Positions 14,401-28,377 are shown, counted from the first letter of the stretch. The stretch: DNA of 64,000 bases from Lepidodermella squamata (GCA_047495785.1 JBLDXI010000017.1:2542001-2606000); one strand, 5' to 3'. Made by a program: numbers and translations. The notes: a model not told the origin generated them from the sequence alone.

Positions 14401-17400
14401 ACACCGATCGCAGCTCATCTATTCTAGATTCCATCGGAATCCTTTCAAGCAATACCGATGACAATTACGTCGCAAATGAATCATTCGATTTGCAATCTCA
14501 TGTAAGCTTCTAATGTCCCGATATAAGCGTTATTTGATCCGATTTACGCCGTAAAAGTTTATGATAAAAGATCCATCAGCTCGGGCCAAACTGAAGGCCC
14601 TTGATAGTGATGAAGAGGTTTGATATTCAGTTTCGAAAATGAGTTCCCTGATCACTAATTCTATCTGCCTCCTTGGCCAAAGCCTTCAGCCAGCAATTTT
14701 TTACGTTTTCTATTCAAAGAAATTCTTGAATCAGATTTTTCACTTGAGCTGGCCCTGGCCCGTAAAAATTACTTCTATTTAATTTGTTTTTTTTTCAGCT
14801 GAAATTTCGCACATTTTGATGATAATTAAGTCCTCATAAATATTTAAAACTTGTATTTTGGACTTTCAGATGGATGTGAACACGATACTGGGTAAGCAGA
14901 CTGGTCTCATCAGTTTGTCACTGCAGTTTTCGGGTCAAACAATCGCCAGTCGAATGTTGAGCCAAATCGCGTCGAAATTGGTTCGAAAAGGCCGAGATGT
15001 TCTCGGCGCACCTCGCGGCAAACGTCTCCTGATTTACATCGACGACATGAACACCCCAGTTCCGGATCAGTTCGGCGTCCAAGCACCTATGGAACTTCTC
15101 CGCCAGATGGTTGAATGCAACGGGTTTTATGACCCGGAAAAGCTGGTTTGGAAGGAAGTTTCCGACGTTTTGTACCTCGGCGCTTGCGGCCCGCCTGAAG
15201 CGGGTTGCCATCCGTTATCAAAGCGGTTATTGAAACACTTTTGCACCTTGGCGATTCCGCAACCAGGCGCCAGGAGTCTCCAGCACATCTACCAAGTTCG
15301 GCTGGGCAGGTTTTTCCGGGAGGGTGATTTCATGCCAGATGTTAAGGGCTCGCTAACGGCTATTGTCGGAACTGCCGTAGCTTTGTATCAAAAACTCTCC
15401 GTAACCCTGAAACCGACCCCAGTAAAGCTGTGGTACATATTCAATATTCGTGATTTGAGCCGGGTGGTTCTCGGCATGACTGCCGCTAATTCGCACGTGA
15501 TTCATAACAAGGAGCAAATTGCGTACTTGTTCGCGCACGAAATCGTCCGCGTATTTTGCGATCGACTGATTGAACAACGCGATCGCGAAACTTTTTACGC
15601 AATGCTTGCCAGCACGATGCACGATTACTTCAAGGGCCACTGGGATGCGACTGATCTGCAGAATCGAACGCTGTTGTATGCTGATTTTCTGGACACGAGT
15701 GATCCGTCTGCGACTGAGCGCATCTACAAGCCGGTTCAAGATATGAAGCAGTTGGCGAGGGTTGTTGACGAATTCTACCTAAATTCTCAACAAGGCGATA
15801 AGGTATGTCCGGTTTTTAAAATTAAATATTTTTTCGCTGATTCGCGGATAACTCGAATTATTCAAAATTTATTAGCGCGTTGCCGAAGCTTATTTTTTCA
15901 ACCAAGAATCTTCAAGAGTTGTGGTATTTTAATTAATCGTCTGTTTTCCTAGACGTGAAAAGTGATAGAATATAGTTAATATGTTAATGACACTGTAAAC
16001 ATTGATGTTAAAGAAAAATCAAGCCATGATAATGGCTCAATTATCGGGACAGAAAGACGAGTCGAAGGAGGTGAGTGAATTTAACTGAATTAAAATCACA
16101 TGGGTGAAATTACGCTGATTACGCTGTTTAATAAATATATCACGCGCTGGAGCTATTTATAACTAAAATACTAACGCTTTGAATTGTTCGTGCTAATTAG
16201 CGGAGAATGGAATCAGTAAGTTATTTGTCCGTAAACTCGGCGCATCGGAGTTTTCATACTACGTATTCCTATTCCTCTAGTAGACCCCATTAATTTTTAT
16301 AATTAGCGTGACTATGGACATTGGGCGCATAATATATTGAGATATTAATTTTTAAATGTTCTCATCTTGCTTTAATTTATCGTCATTTATCAGCTTGACT
16401 CCAATGTCGGTCGAACATAGACCCCGTTAATTTCGCTAAATCGATAATTGAAATCTTGTATCGGACTGAGTACTTACGTTTTGAAATTATTTAATCGCAG
16501 ATGAATAATGAGGAGGAGGTAAAGATTTATCCGCAAAAAGGCTTTCTTACAATTACAGCTGATACTTTTTATTTGCCTCGGTATTATTGGTATTATGTAT
16601 TCGTGTTCGATTTATTTATTTTATATTTAATTTCTGATTTTATTAGTGTGTGCTGCTTTGAAGCCTTTACCTTAACGCTTAACAGCTAGCCAACCCTAAT
16701 AACTTGAAAATAACGATGAATAATTTGGCTGTTGTTTCTTCAGCTCTCCTTGGTGTTTTTCCACGATGCGTTGGTTCACCTTGTTCGAGCAGCTCGAGTT
16801 TTCCGCCGTAGTATGGGCCACCTGCTCATGGTCGGTATCGATGGCATTGGAAAAACTACGACGGCTCAGCTTGCTGCCTCCCTAGCAGGTATATAATTTA
16901 TAATTTAATTAAAAAATAAAAATAGCTGATTTGAATTGAATAGCCTCAACCTTACCAGGAGAGACCTGTAAGACCAACAAAAAAAATGAAAATTATATGA
17001 TCAATTTACTTGCACGTCACAAAAAATTATGATTTGAACGCCCCGTTATTATGCGACCTTGATAATGATTTTCCGTATTTTTTCCCCTCAGCTGCGCAAA
17101 TGTTTAGGCTGGGTGTTACGCGAAGCTATGGCCGGACTGAGTTTCGTGACGATTTAAAGAAGATTTTCCGCACATCAGGAGTTGCTAACACAAACTGCGT
17201 GTTGCTCATCACCGACGGTGATATCATGCAAGAAGCTCTGATTGAGGACATCTCTTCAATCCTCAACACGGGTGATGTTCCTGATTTGTTCGATAATGAC
17301 GAACTCGACGCAATTATCATGGACACGAAAACGAACGCGACAGCTGCTGAAAGCGCTAGCGGGGAGTTGGACTCGCGAGATGGCATATGGGGCCATTTCT

Positions 17401-20400
17401 TGAAGCGCGTGAAAACCAACCTTCATATTTGCTTGGCCATGTCGCCGGCCGGTGACAAATTCCGACAACGCTGCCGGACAAACCCTGCTATTCTAAATTG
17501 CTGCACCATTGACGTGTTCGAAGTTTGGAACCCTGAGGCTATGATCAATGTTGCTGAGGCTTCATTTGTTCAAGTTGACGCGTTTGTACACCCACAATAC
17601 GACGCTAAAGTAAGAATTTTTACGAATATGCAAATTTTATAATTTAATTGGATTACATTTTGTTGCCGCCGTTTTAATATTGCGCGTTTAATATTATTTG
17701 ATAATGGAACATTTCTTACAGAATCCAAACCCAAATATCCCCCTCGACGTATGTTATAACGATATATATCGCCCCCAAAGCTTGCCACTGCAGCCTATCA
17801 CCGTCATTTAAAATCTTGGCGCATTTAAAAAATACCCATCTACAATTATTGTCAACTTGCTTTTAAAACAATCACTAGCTTCAAAGTCATCACTGAACCT
17901 CGATATTCGCACGATTTGCTACGGAAATAAATGTGTTTATTGCATTTTCCAGGTATTGAAGCAGCGATTGTCAGATGCCTGTGTTGACATTCATAGCTGC
18001 GCTGTTGAAGAAACGAAGCGATTCCGTGAGAAAACGAAGCGAATTTCATACGTAACCCCTGCGTCGTATATGATTCTACTGCGCACATTTGTAGCCACCC
18101 TGGGCTCGACCACCAAGTCTTTGACGAACGAACGCAACCGCCTTAAAATTGGGCTGGAAGAATTGACCGAGGCGAATGAACTCGTTGCGAAAATGCAAGA
18201 TGAGCTTGTGTTACTCGGGCCTCAAATCGAGCAAAAGTCGAAAGATACCGCCGATTTGCTGGACCGGTTACGTCGCGATACTGTCTCAGTCGAAGAAGTC
18301 AAGAAACTCGTCGAGTTGGAGGAACAAAAGTTGAAGCAGGAAACTGATATCATTGAAAAATACGCGATCGAGTGCGAGAAAGATTTAGCCTCTGTTGTTC
18401 CTCAAATTCACGCAGCTATCCAAGCGTTGGATGCTTTGGATAAGTCTGATATCGCAGAATTACGTGTCTACAGCAACCCGCCGGCTATTGTCACCATGGT
18501 CCTAGAGCCTGTTTGCGCCCTTTTAGGCCAGAAAACTGACTGGGCCTCAGCGAAACTCGTGCTGAAAGACCCTGATTTGCTTCGAAAATTGATCCACCTT
18601 GATAAGGAAAACATCGCGACCCCGGTTCTGGCGAAGCTACGCCAATGTACAAGAAACCCGAATTTCATCCCCGATAAAGTTGGCGAGGTTTCAGTCGCTT
18701 GTCGGTCTATGTGTATGTGGGTTCTGGCCGTTCAGCATTACAACGAGGTCTACACAACGGTTGGGCCTAAAAAGCGGCGGCTTCAAGAGGCCCAGGAAGT
18801 TTTGGGTATTTCGAAAACAAATCTCGAGAGAAAACGCGAGACGTTGCGTAAAATCGAGCATCAGCTGAGTTTGTTGAAGCAAAAGTATGAACTCAGCATT
18901 CAAGAACAGGAACAACTGAAACAGAAGCGAATCATCACCGGGGTCCGGTTACAACGGGCCCTTCAGCTGTCTACTGCCTTGGCTGATGAACGTGTTAGAT
19001 GGGGCGATTCTATCATCACGCTAGAACGGCGCCTGTGGTGCGCTATTGGGGACAGCCTCCTTAAAGCCGCAGCTACCGTTTATTTCGGCCCGTTCTCCGC
19101 TGATTTCCGCAGTAATTTGTGGAAACAGTGGATGAAAATTGTCACAGTTCAGTACAAACTACCATTCACTGGCAGCACTCAGATCGACGCAGATTTGTCG
19201 GCAGAGCCTTCGATCGCAAGTGAGACTATATCGACAAGTGGCGCATCTGCATCTGAGCAATCGGAACCTGGCTCGGTAGATTTGATAGGTTTGGCTGTTG
19301 AACCAGTTCAAATTTTGAATTGGTACAACAACAAACTGCCGCGGGACATTCAATCAGTTCAAAACGCGGTTCTTATTTCAAACTGCCAAACTTTCCCGCT
19401 GATTATCGACCCGCAAGGTCAAGCGATAAGGTGGATAAAATCGATGGAAGGCCCTGAATTGCGGGTTTTGGACACTGAAGACCCGCATTATTCGCAAATA
19501 ATGGAGCGAGCTATCAAAGTCGGTGAGCCGGTTTTGATTTCTGGCTTGAAAGAGACATTAGATCCTTACCTTCGATCGCTGCTTCGTAAAGAGATTTACA
19601 TTTCTCGAGGCATTGAAATCATCTTGATAAATAACGTCGAGATTGAGTACAACAAAAATTTCCGACTTTACCTATGCACGGACATTTACAACCCGCATTA
19701 CCTGCCCGCTATTTGCAATCTGGTGACCCTGGTCAATTTCAATGTCACGTTCAACGGTCTACAGGAACAGTTGTTGTCGGAAGTTGTCGAGCAGGAAGAG
19801 CCTGAATTGGAGCACGAGCGCACTAATTTGTTGATTAGTATCGCTGAAACTGGAAAATTGTTGAAAGAACTCGAAAATAAGTCGCTCGAACTGATTCATT
19901 CAGCTCACGGCAGAATTCTGGACGACGAAACGCTCATCCTTACCCTGGAACAAAGTTTGTTACCCCTTGTAAATTTTGAACTGTTTTAAACTATTTTTTT
20001 CTTATCCAGGTAAGGATAAGGCTAAGCACATAGCTGTTAGCCTCAAGGAATCGCAAGAGACGGAAAAGCGGTTAGAGGAAGCTCGAGCCAAGTACTTACC
20101 AGTTGCGGCTAGAGGAGCTACCCTGTACCATTTAATCACCGATCTGGCTTCAATTGATGTCATGTACCGATTTTCCCTCACTTGGTTTGCCGATGTCTTT
20201 AAAACGTCAATCGACATTGATCACCGGCTCGAAACCGCCGATGAATTGGGCGGCCGTTCAAGTGGGCTATCGGTCCGAACTCCAAAGTCGAAATTTCGCC
20301 AGGTCAGTGCCAATATGATGGCCGCGGCGAGGCAGGCTAGTTCCGCGGCGAAACCTTCATCACGCGGCTCGCCATCACCCACATCTCGAATGAGTGGAAA

Positions 20401-23243
20401 TAGCCCCGCTTTCGACCGATCGACTTTACTCACGAGACAGCGAGATATGATCGATAGGGTAACATCGACCATCTATTCGATCGTTTCTATGGCGATGTTC
20501 GCCGACCACCAGCCGCTGTTTTCGTTCCTTCTCGGTGTGAGAATCGCAATTCACGAGAAAACAGTGAGCGAGCGAGATTGGGCGTTATTCGCCCAGATTC
20601 CAAGCTTAGCAGCCGGGGTTGAGGAAAGAACGTTGGCCCAATACGACGGACTCACCTCTATGGAGCGGCTTGAATTTGGAAGTGTATCAGCGGAGAGAGC
20701 TGCTGCTATGTTCCCGCTACCTGCCTTCATTAAGCCTACGACCTGGCAGCAATGCCAGTTCCTTGAGAGCCAAATGCCGATTCAATTCGCCGGATTTCTA
20801 CGCTCACTTCGCTTCAACGAAGGCCAGTGGAGTAAATTTTTCACCGACCCAGACCCTTACACCTTGATGAGTAAGCCGCCCGATCTGCCGGAAACCGAGG
20901 GTGACGACGATGCTTCAAAGGCGAAACCTGTTTTTCATTGGGAAGCTTTGTCGGTTTTCCACCGCCTGATAGTAATTCGAATCCTGCGACCTGATGCGGT
21001 TTCATTTTCAGTTCGCCGTTATGTGGCTGATACGATTGGTGGGTATTACACCGAACCGATCAGTATGGACCTGCATAAACTCTTCAAACAATCGGCGTGT
21101 AATATACCGATAATTTTCATCCTATCACCTGGGGCTGATCCAACTTCGCAGCTTGTTAAATTTATTACAGAAGTTCGCGGCAGTCCGTTATATTTGGACA
21201 TTATCTCCCTTGGACGAGGGCAAGGCGTCAGGGCTGAAGAGCTAATCTCGAAGGCTCAAATTCTGAGGGGTCGTTGGATTTTCCTGCAAAACTGTCATTT
21301 AGCAGCCTCTTGGATGCCTAGCTTACAAGCGATTGTTGAAAGGTTCGGCCGGCCTGATGCTGATATCGACCCTCAATTCAGGCTTTTCCTCAGCTCAAAG
21401 CCTGACCCTTCGTTTCCACTCGGCGTTCTTCAATCCGGCTTGAAAACTACAGTTGAAGCGCCGCGAGGTCTGCGAGCTAAGCTGCAGCTATCCTTGGCCG
21501 GATTGCCTTCCTCGGTCTCGCAAAGATTCGCAATGGTAAACGGTCAGTCGTTTCATTTCCGCAGTTTACTCTACGGCCTTTGCTTCTTCAACTCGATCAT
21601 TCAAGAGCGGAAGAAATTCGGCCCAGTCGGTTGGAATAACATCTACGATTTCAACGCGTCAGATTTGGATGTCTCAGCCCTGCAGCTGAGTCAGCTGATC
21701 GAAACAGACGCAGCAGCCGCTTCCAACATTCCGTGGAATGCCCTGCGTTACCTGACTGGTCACGTGATTTACGGCGGCCGTGTCACTGATAATTGGGACA
21801 GGCGCTGTTTATTAACGATGCTTGATCAGTTTTACTGCGACAAGGCGTTGGAAACCGACAGGCCGTTTACTCCTGATGGAGTCTATAAACCGATTGACCC
21901 GCGAATTTCGCAAATATCCGACCTTAATCAAGTTGTCGATTCACTGCCGCCGAGTGATAGACCGTCAATTTTTGGTATGGACATAGTTGCTGATCGTGCG
22001 TCTCGGGAAGCTGAGGCGAATCGATTGATTGGCGATATTTTGCTGGTCGAACCTCGTTTAGCCCATGCAGTTCTCAGCGAGTCACGAACTCCGGATGAGG
22101 TAGTGCTCGATTTTTGCGCCGATCTAAAGCGCCGCCTGCCGATTTCTGTCGAACTGGACTCGGCTGCTGATGATCCGAATTTCACCATGTCCTCAACTCT
22201 CGCTACAGTTGAAAAACGTAAGCATTTGCGATTTGTTAATTCCTCCTTAATAATTTCGTTTGATTTTTCAAGAACGCATGCAGTCTCTGCCGGACCCAGT
22301 CGTCGATTTACTATCAACCTCAGCGCTGTTTGTTGTGTTGAGGCAAGAAATCGCTCGATATGACGGCTTACTCTCGGCTATTCACTTTTCGGCCGAAGAA
22401 TTGGCTAGTGCTATTCGTGGCGATATCGCTCTGTCGGATAAAATCGAAGCTCTTTACAATTCGCTGTTAAGCTACAAGCTGCCGGAAACGTGGCGGCACC
22501 AGAGCGGCTACGAGTCGAGCAAATCCATGGCCCTGTGGATATCTGACCTCAACAGCCGCTGCATGTTCCTGCGGCATTGGGCCACTTTGGTTCGCGACTT
22601 CTTCGTTTTCCATTGCCCGCAACTTTTCACGAATCGACAACCTGCGGGTCCTATGGCTTCAGTCGCTCCAGGCACGCTGGTTCAAGAGCCGCGAAATATG
22701 CCGAGAGCTTTTTGGCTGTCAGCTTTCATCTACCCTCAGGGTTTCCTCACCGCAGTCTTGCAAATGGCAGCACGTCGTTATCACGTTCCTGTCGACACGC
22801 TTCAGTTCAAATTCACGGTGACGAGTGAGCGGTGGGAGACGAAGCGCGGCATCGTTCAGCAAATTGCCGACGGGCCGCCCGCCCCTGACGCCGGTATATT
22901 AGTCGTTGGCCTGTACCTCGACTCGGCAAAATGGAGCACGGAAAGCTGTTGCCTGGTGTCCCTACAACACGCACAGGATGATAGATTCAACCCATTGCCG
23001 GAAATTCATTTTAACCCCTTGCCAAGCAACCAGCGTCCACCGACTGGATCGAAAGAAGCGGGTAACTCCGAGTACGAGTGTCCAGTTTACCGAACAGCGA
23101 AGCGTGCCGGAATTTTGTCGTCAACTGGCCAGTCGACGAATTTTGTCACATCGGTACAGCTGCCCTCGAGCCGCCCGCCTAGTGAGCTCATTCTTCGCGG
23201 TGTGGCTTTGCTATGTCAACTGGATGACAGAAACGAAAGCTAG
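5411..23243 (+). CDS. Axonemal (inner-arm type) dynein heavy chain, DNAH14-like, ~4,700 aa
   Basis: Phase-consistent exons: 5411-5467, 5571-5734, 5789-6128, 6183-6218, 6377-6514, 6565-6743, 6797-7040, 7092-7392, 7447-7549, 8027-8142, 8319-9824, 9876-10066, 10599-14501, 14558-14617, 14870-15802, 16744-16888, 17092-17609, 17953-19954, 20010-22217, 22273-23243. P-loops: AAA1 GPAGTGKT with CFDEFNR, AAA2 GGSCSGKT, AAA3 GESGVGKS, AAA4 GIDGIGKT. Stalk/MTBD, AAA5 PLIIDPQGQ, C-terminal YECPVYRT...STNFV. The 5'-most exons are less certain. Confidence 0.93.
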
Positions 23244-23623
23244 ATTTGAACCACATATTATTCCCATCGGTGTGATAATACTCGGAAAATCAAATTTTCA
23301 ACGACTCCTGATTGATATTTTCCGTTGCTTACGAGTGCCAAAAAATTATTTTACTCTATTTTTATTTATTGTTTTACTTCTGTGATTTTTCTCAATGCAT
23401 CTTGAAAAAAATAAACGACACCTGAATTGCATTTGACAATTTTTTATTTTGAAACAAGCCTAAATAATAGGCCATTTGAGACTATAATGGACAGAGTATT
23501 ATACAGATGTCGCATTTGCTAAAACGAATGATCAAAATTTGGCTTCAAAAATAGAAATCTCAGTTCAACTGGGTGGCTCATTTACTGGTCAGCAGCCGCT
23601 ACGTTCTCCTTATTATATCGCAT

Positions 23624-26489
23624 TTACGGGCCATCCATCCCGCCTTGAACAGTACATCTTTTCTCGACATTGACATGGAAGGGCATTTTGAAGTCGGGGA
23701 AATCTACTTGCCAGCCAAAGCGAGCGCGTCTTTGGTGCAAATCACCGATCATTTCACTAGTCGTTTTGATCTTGGGCCAAATTTTGATCGGAGTGTAACT
23801 AGCATCTTCTTTCGTCTCGAGCTCTTTCGCCAACGCAGCAGCGGCTCGCAAAATTTCAGCTCGCTTCTGGGCGGATAACATGCGTTCCATTTCGACATTT
23901 CGCTCTTGTGTAACGCTCATCGAAGAAGCGGCGCCACCCTTGTCGCGGGCGGAGCCTTGGGCAGATTTACGAGGGCTCTTTCGAGCGGATTTTGGCCCTT
24001 TCTTTTTGTCGGGTGGCGGTGGTAAAGAGTCGTACTTCAGCTTCACAGCGTCCCATACACGAGGATCGGCCCATTGACAAGCAATATCGACAGGGTTGAG
24101 ACCTTTCTTGTTTTCATTTTGAACCTTTGCCCCGCGATCTATCAAAAATTGAACCAGCTCAACTCGAGAAGTTTCAATCGCTTTCATGAGAGGAGTTCCA
24201 CCTCCAAGGGCGATAGGGTTCATATCAGCGCCGTGGTCTAGTAACATCTGAACCACATCTAGCTTGCCACTGTGACACGCGTGATGCATTGCTGTCCATT
24301 TGAAGTTATCCTACAAGTAATTAGAAATGAGAGCTGAAATTACAACCAGCCTAAACTACTCACTTTCGCATTCACATCAGCACCACACTCGATAAGGAAC
24401 TTGGCGATGTTAATGTCGCCCATGCCACAAGCAACCATAAGGGCAGTTTTGTAATAGCGATCACGTGTGTCCACCGGTAAGCCTTTGAGAAAAGCGTTTG
24501 TCAATGTATTGTAATCACCCCGCCGCGTTGCGTCGATGACACTTATGTGCTGATTTTCCGGAGGATCGACGTACCAAGCTGAGTCATCTTGAACAATAGA
24601 AGCGGGAGGGCAGTCGCGATTGAATCTTTTGTGATCGGTGTAAAGCATAAATTTGTCGACGTAGAGTTGAGGTGGATTGCCGCCCGCAGTTCTGGGTCCT
24701 TCGTCTTGAATAGCAATATTTACCGGAGGCTTCGAGCCTTTCTTGCCCTTCTTGCCCTTCTTTTTCTTTTTCTTCTCTTTCTTTACGAATGCTCTGTAAA
24801 ATCAAAACGCTATTTCGTATTGACATTATTTAAAGCGTTATTCGCTTACGTTAACAGGTAATTTTTATGGAGATATTTCTTCCCGACGAGAAAATCGTTG
24901 TAATCAACGGATCCGTCGCTCGTGTGCAGCTGAATGAGTCGCTTGATAGCCTCCTCGGGTAACTGAATGATGTTGATTGATAGTAGCCATTCAGTGAAGC
25001 TGTCGTTTGGGACGCGCCCTGTCTTCTCTTCGTCCATTTTTCTGAAACAAAGGTAAGAGCTTGAAAATTGTGTGCAAAATAACCGCATAGTGAAACATCA
25101 ATAACACTGTAAAAACTGTGGGATATGATTCACGTAGAACAGTGATGAAACCCTTATTACTTCATAAGCAACTCACCACTGAGTAGGAATAACTGATATG
25201 TTAGATCGACAATTTTCATATAGGTAATCAAATTATTAGACATAGCGCTTACGTGAAAGTCTCGAGTATTTTCTCCTTGTTCGTTTGGCAATAATCATAG
25301 AGAGAAATTGCCCATCGCTCAGCTTTGGCAACGGTCTTCCCGAAGCTTTTCTCTGATTTACGAATTTCCTTGACGCAATCCTTGAATCCTCCATCCTTGG
25401 CGATAACGCGCGGAACAAGTCCCTCATTATTCTTTGGCTTCGGATTGCTTCCTAAAGCAGCCATGAGAAATTTATCAGTCATCAGTCAATGCTACATAAG
25501 GGCGTCATTACCTCGTTGCGCCAAGAATTTACAACACATAGCATGACCTTTAGCCGCCAAATGAACTGGTGTATTTCCATTAATGTCCACTTGGTCGAAT
25601 ATTGCTCCAAAGCCGGAAAGGGTTAGCAAAACATCAAAATGACCGTTCTAAGACGAAAACCCAAGACATAAAAATGTCCTATTACACATTAATTAGCTAT
25701 ACCTTAGCAGCTTCATGCACGGCATGCCGCTTTTGCCGATCAATAACGTCTGCGTCCGCCCCGAAGATGAGCATTGCCCGAACCGCAGCTGCGCTACCAC
25801 TTGCTGCTGCCTCCATTAGCGCTGACCGCCCAGTTTCCTGAGAAAAGCAAGATTGAACAATCTTTGTAAATTAAAGGCGCATGCGGAACCTTGTCTATAA
25901 TGTTGGCGTCAGCTCCAGCCTCCAGTAAGTGAATAATGCTCGATTCGTTGGATTTGGCTTCAAGACAAGCTTCGTAAAGTGCAGTACGCCCAGTTGGACC
26001 AGCGATGTTGATATCGGGCTTCTTATCAAGAATCATCTCCATACACTTGCTGTGTCTCTCAGTAGGCGCTGCCAAGCAATAAGCCAATACCGCTAAACAG
26101 TCATCAATGAACGATCTATTATAAACTGGCATATAAATATTACTTTTGCCCTCCGCATCTTTGATATTGACGTCAGCATCGGCAGCTAGAAGTTCTTTCA
26201 CGCAGTCGACGTGCCCGAATTTTGATGCAACCATGATGGCCGTCCGACCTTTGAAATCAATAACATCAGGATGCGCTCCAATGCTTAGCAGACATTTGAC
26301 AGTTTCGAAGTCATTAGTTTCACAGGCAACGATCAAAGCTGTCAGCCCTTCGTTGGCTTCGTTAATGTTGACCAAGAATGGAACGCCCATTTGGCACAAC
26401 TTCTGTATTTGCTGACGATCTTGCTCTCGCACATATTGAATAAGCTTCGTAACTTGGCAAATTTGAAGCCGAGTTTGAGCAAGTGGCAT
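23624..26489 (-). CDS. ANKEF1: Ankyrin repeat and EF-hand domain-containing protein 1 (~775 aa, 8 exons)
   Basis: Exons 26489-26144, 26092-25890, 25837-25703, 25647-25512, 25451-25253, 25041-24850, 24793-24364, 24310-23624. N-terminus MPLAQTRLQICQVTKLIQYVREQDRQQIQKL resembles ANKEF1; ankyrin repeats, EF-hand-like segment and Lys-rich stretch present. Confidence 0.88.
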
Positions 26490-26756
26490 TTTTCTATTTA
26501 AATATCATTTCTAGATGTAAAATAAGAGTAAAAAACTATTTGGAACAACGGCTCCCAGACTTTGCACCTGGCTTGCACTGGTAGATGAAACTATTGGCCC
26601 ACGTAGAAATATAAGGCATGCATAATTATTAGCGCTAGAAAATGAAAACTGAAAGCACCAGGCAAAATCGTGAATAGGCTTTCACCATGATGCTGAGTTG
26701 ATGAAGCGCGGCATGATAGCACGACGATAGATGGAAAGGCATCAAATTAAAGCGTT

Positions 26757-26770
26757 GTGTCCATAGTAAC
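26757..26770. promoter_or_regulatory. RFX X-box upstream of ANKEF1
   Basis: GTGTCCATAGTAAC fits GTNNCC-AT-RGNAAC, ~270 nt upstream of the ANKEF1 ATG. Confidence 0.65.
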
Positions 26771-27226
26771 TATCAATTATTAAAAAATATATTTAAGAAA
26801 CTTAAAATACAATAAAAATAATATAATAATTTTTACAGTGAAGAATTATTGTGGCGCGCTTCTTTTTTGCAATTCATGCGGTTTTTTGTTGTTGATTTGG
26901 ATTTTGCTAGTAATGTAGCGCGTTGTCCAAATCTAGAGCGCAACAAGATATGTGTAAATGCAGTAGCGAAGTATTTTTCAAGGGAACGAGGGTGCCCTCT
27001 CTTCGTTTCTGCGGAACAAAGGTGCACTTAAAAACCAAGTATTAAATTTTAACCTCTCACCAACCCTTGTCGCTTATGACCCTACCGTCCACCCTGCGGA
27101 GGGACCCTTTCGGCGTTTTTGGGCACTTAGCCTCTTTTTCGTTAATGCGATATGAATTGAATTGCTTATTGTAACGTCTAGAAGTTATTTTCTATATTAC
27201 TCTCGATCACCGATCATCAACTGAAA

Positions 27227-28377
27227 ATGTCGCAAAAAGAGTCTATCAAGGTATGCGTCACCGGTGCTGCTGGACAAATCGCCTACTCGCTGGTTGGACT
27301 TATCGCCAGCGGGCAAGTCTTTGGCCCAGACCAGCCGATCGACCTGCATTTGCTCGATATTGAACCGATGATGGGCGTTCTTAATGGCTTGGTTATGGAG
27401 CTTGATGATACTGCCGTGCCTCTCATCCGCAGCGTTGTTGCTACTCATGATGTAAATGTCGCCTTCAAGGATATTGATTATGCATTCCTTGTCGGTGCCA
27501 TGCCGCGCAAGGTAAGTACAAGTTCAGAAATAAGTCCCAACTTAATTTTGCAATTCATGGTTCTTTCTTTCAGGAAGGTATGGAACGCAAGGATTTGCTG
27601 GCCGCCAACGTCAAAATCTTCAAGGCTCAAGGCCAGGCTATTGATACCGTCGCCAAGAAGACCGTCAAGATTCTCGTAGTTGGAAACCCTGCCAATACCA
27701 ACGCTTTTATCTGCCGCCACTTTGCACCATCGATCCCCGCTGAAAACTTCTCCGCTCTGACTCGCTTGGATCATAATCGCGCCGTCGCGCAAGTCGCCAA
27801 GAAACTCGGTGTTTGCCCATCGGCTGTATACAATGTTGCTATCTGGGGCAACCACTCCAATACTCAAGTACCGGACCTGCGCCGTGCCAAGATTGTCCGT
27901 AAAGCTCTCGAGGGAAAGGTTGCCCCTGGCAACGACGATGTTTCGGCTGCTGAAGCCATCAAGGATGACAACTGGGTTAAAACTGTTTTCGTTCCCACTG
28001 TTCGCGCTCGTGGCGCTGCTGTTATCGCTGCCCGCAAGTTGTCGTCTGCCATGTCGGCTGCCAAGGTGAGGTCTTTAGTAAAATTAAGAAATAATTGCTT
28101 AACTTCGTAAAAACAGGCCTCGGCTGACCACATGCATGATTGGCATTTCGGCACTGCTCCGGGCAAAACTGTTTCAATGGCTGTGGTGTCTGATGGCTCA
28201 TACGGCATCCCACAGGGACTGGTTTACTCATTTCCCGTAACCATTGCCAACGGAAAATGGAGCATTGTTCAAGGATTGACCATTGACGACGAATTGCGCG
28301 CCGCTCTGGATGCTTCGACCAAAGAGCTGTCGGAAGAGCGCGTTCAGGCTATTGAGGTCTGCAGTGCTGCCAACTGA
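27227..28377 (+). CDS. MDH1: Cytosolic malate dehydrogenase (345 aa, 3 exons)
   Basis: Exons 27227-27511, 27574-28065, 28117-28377. Motifs [57 protein letters not shown] are all canonical. Confidence 0.96.

Noticed and set aside
14575-14762. Weak inverted similarity suggesting a MITE in a dynein intron
   Set aside because: Match is poor and the left part is better explained as a 60-nt phase-0 exon (14558-14617).
25177-25192. 16-nt AG..GTGAGT segment in an ANKEF1 intron
   Set aside because: It shifts the frame and no convincing compensating exon was found.
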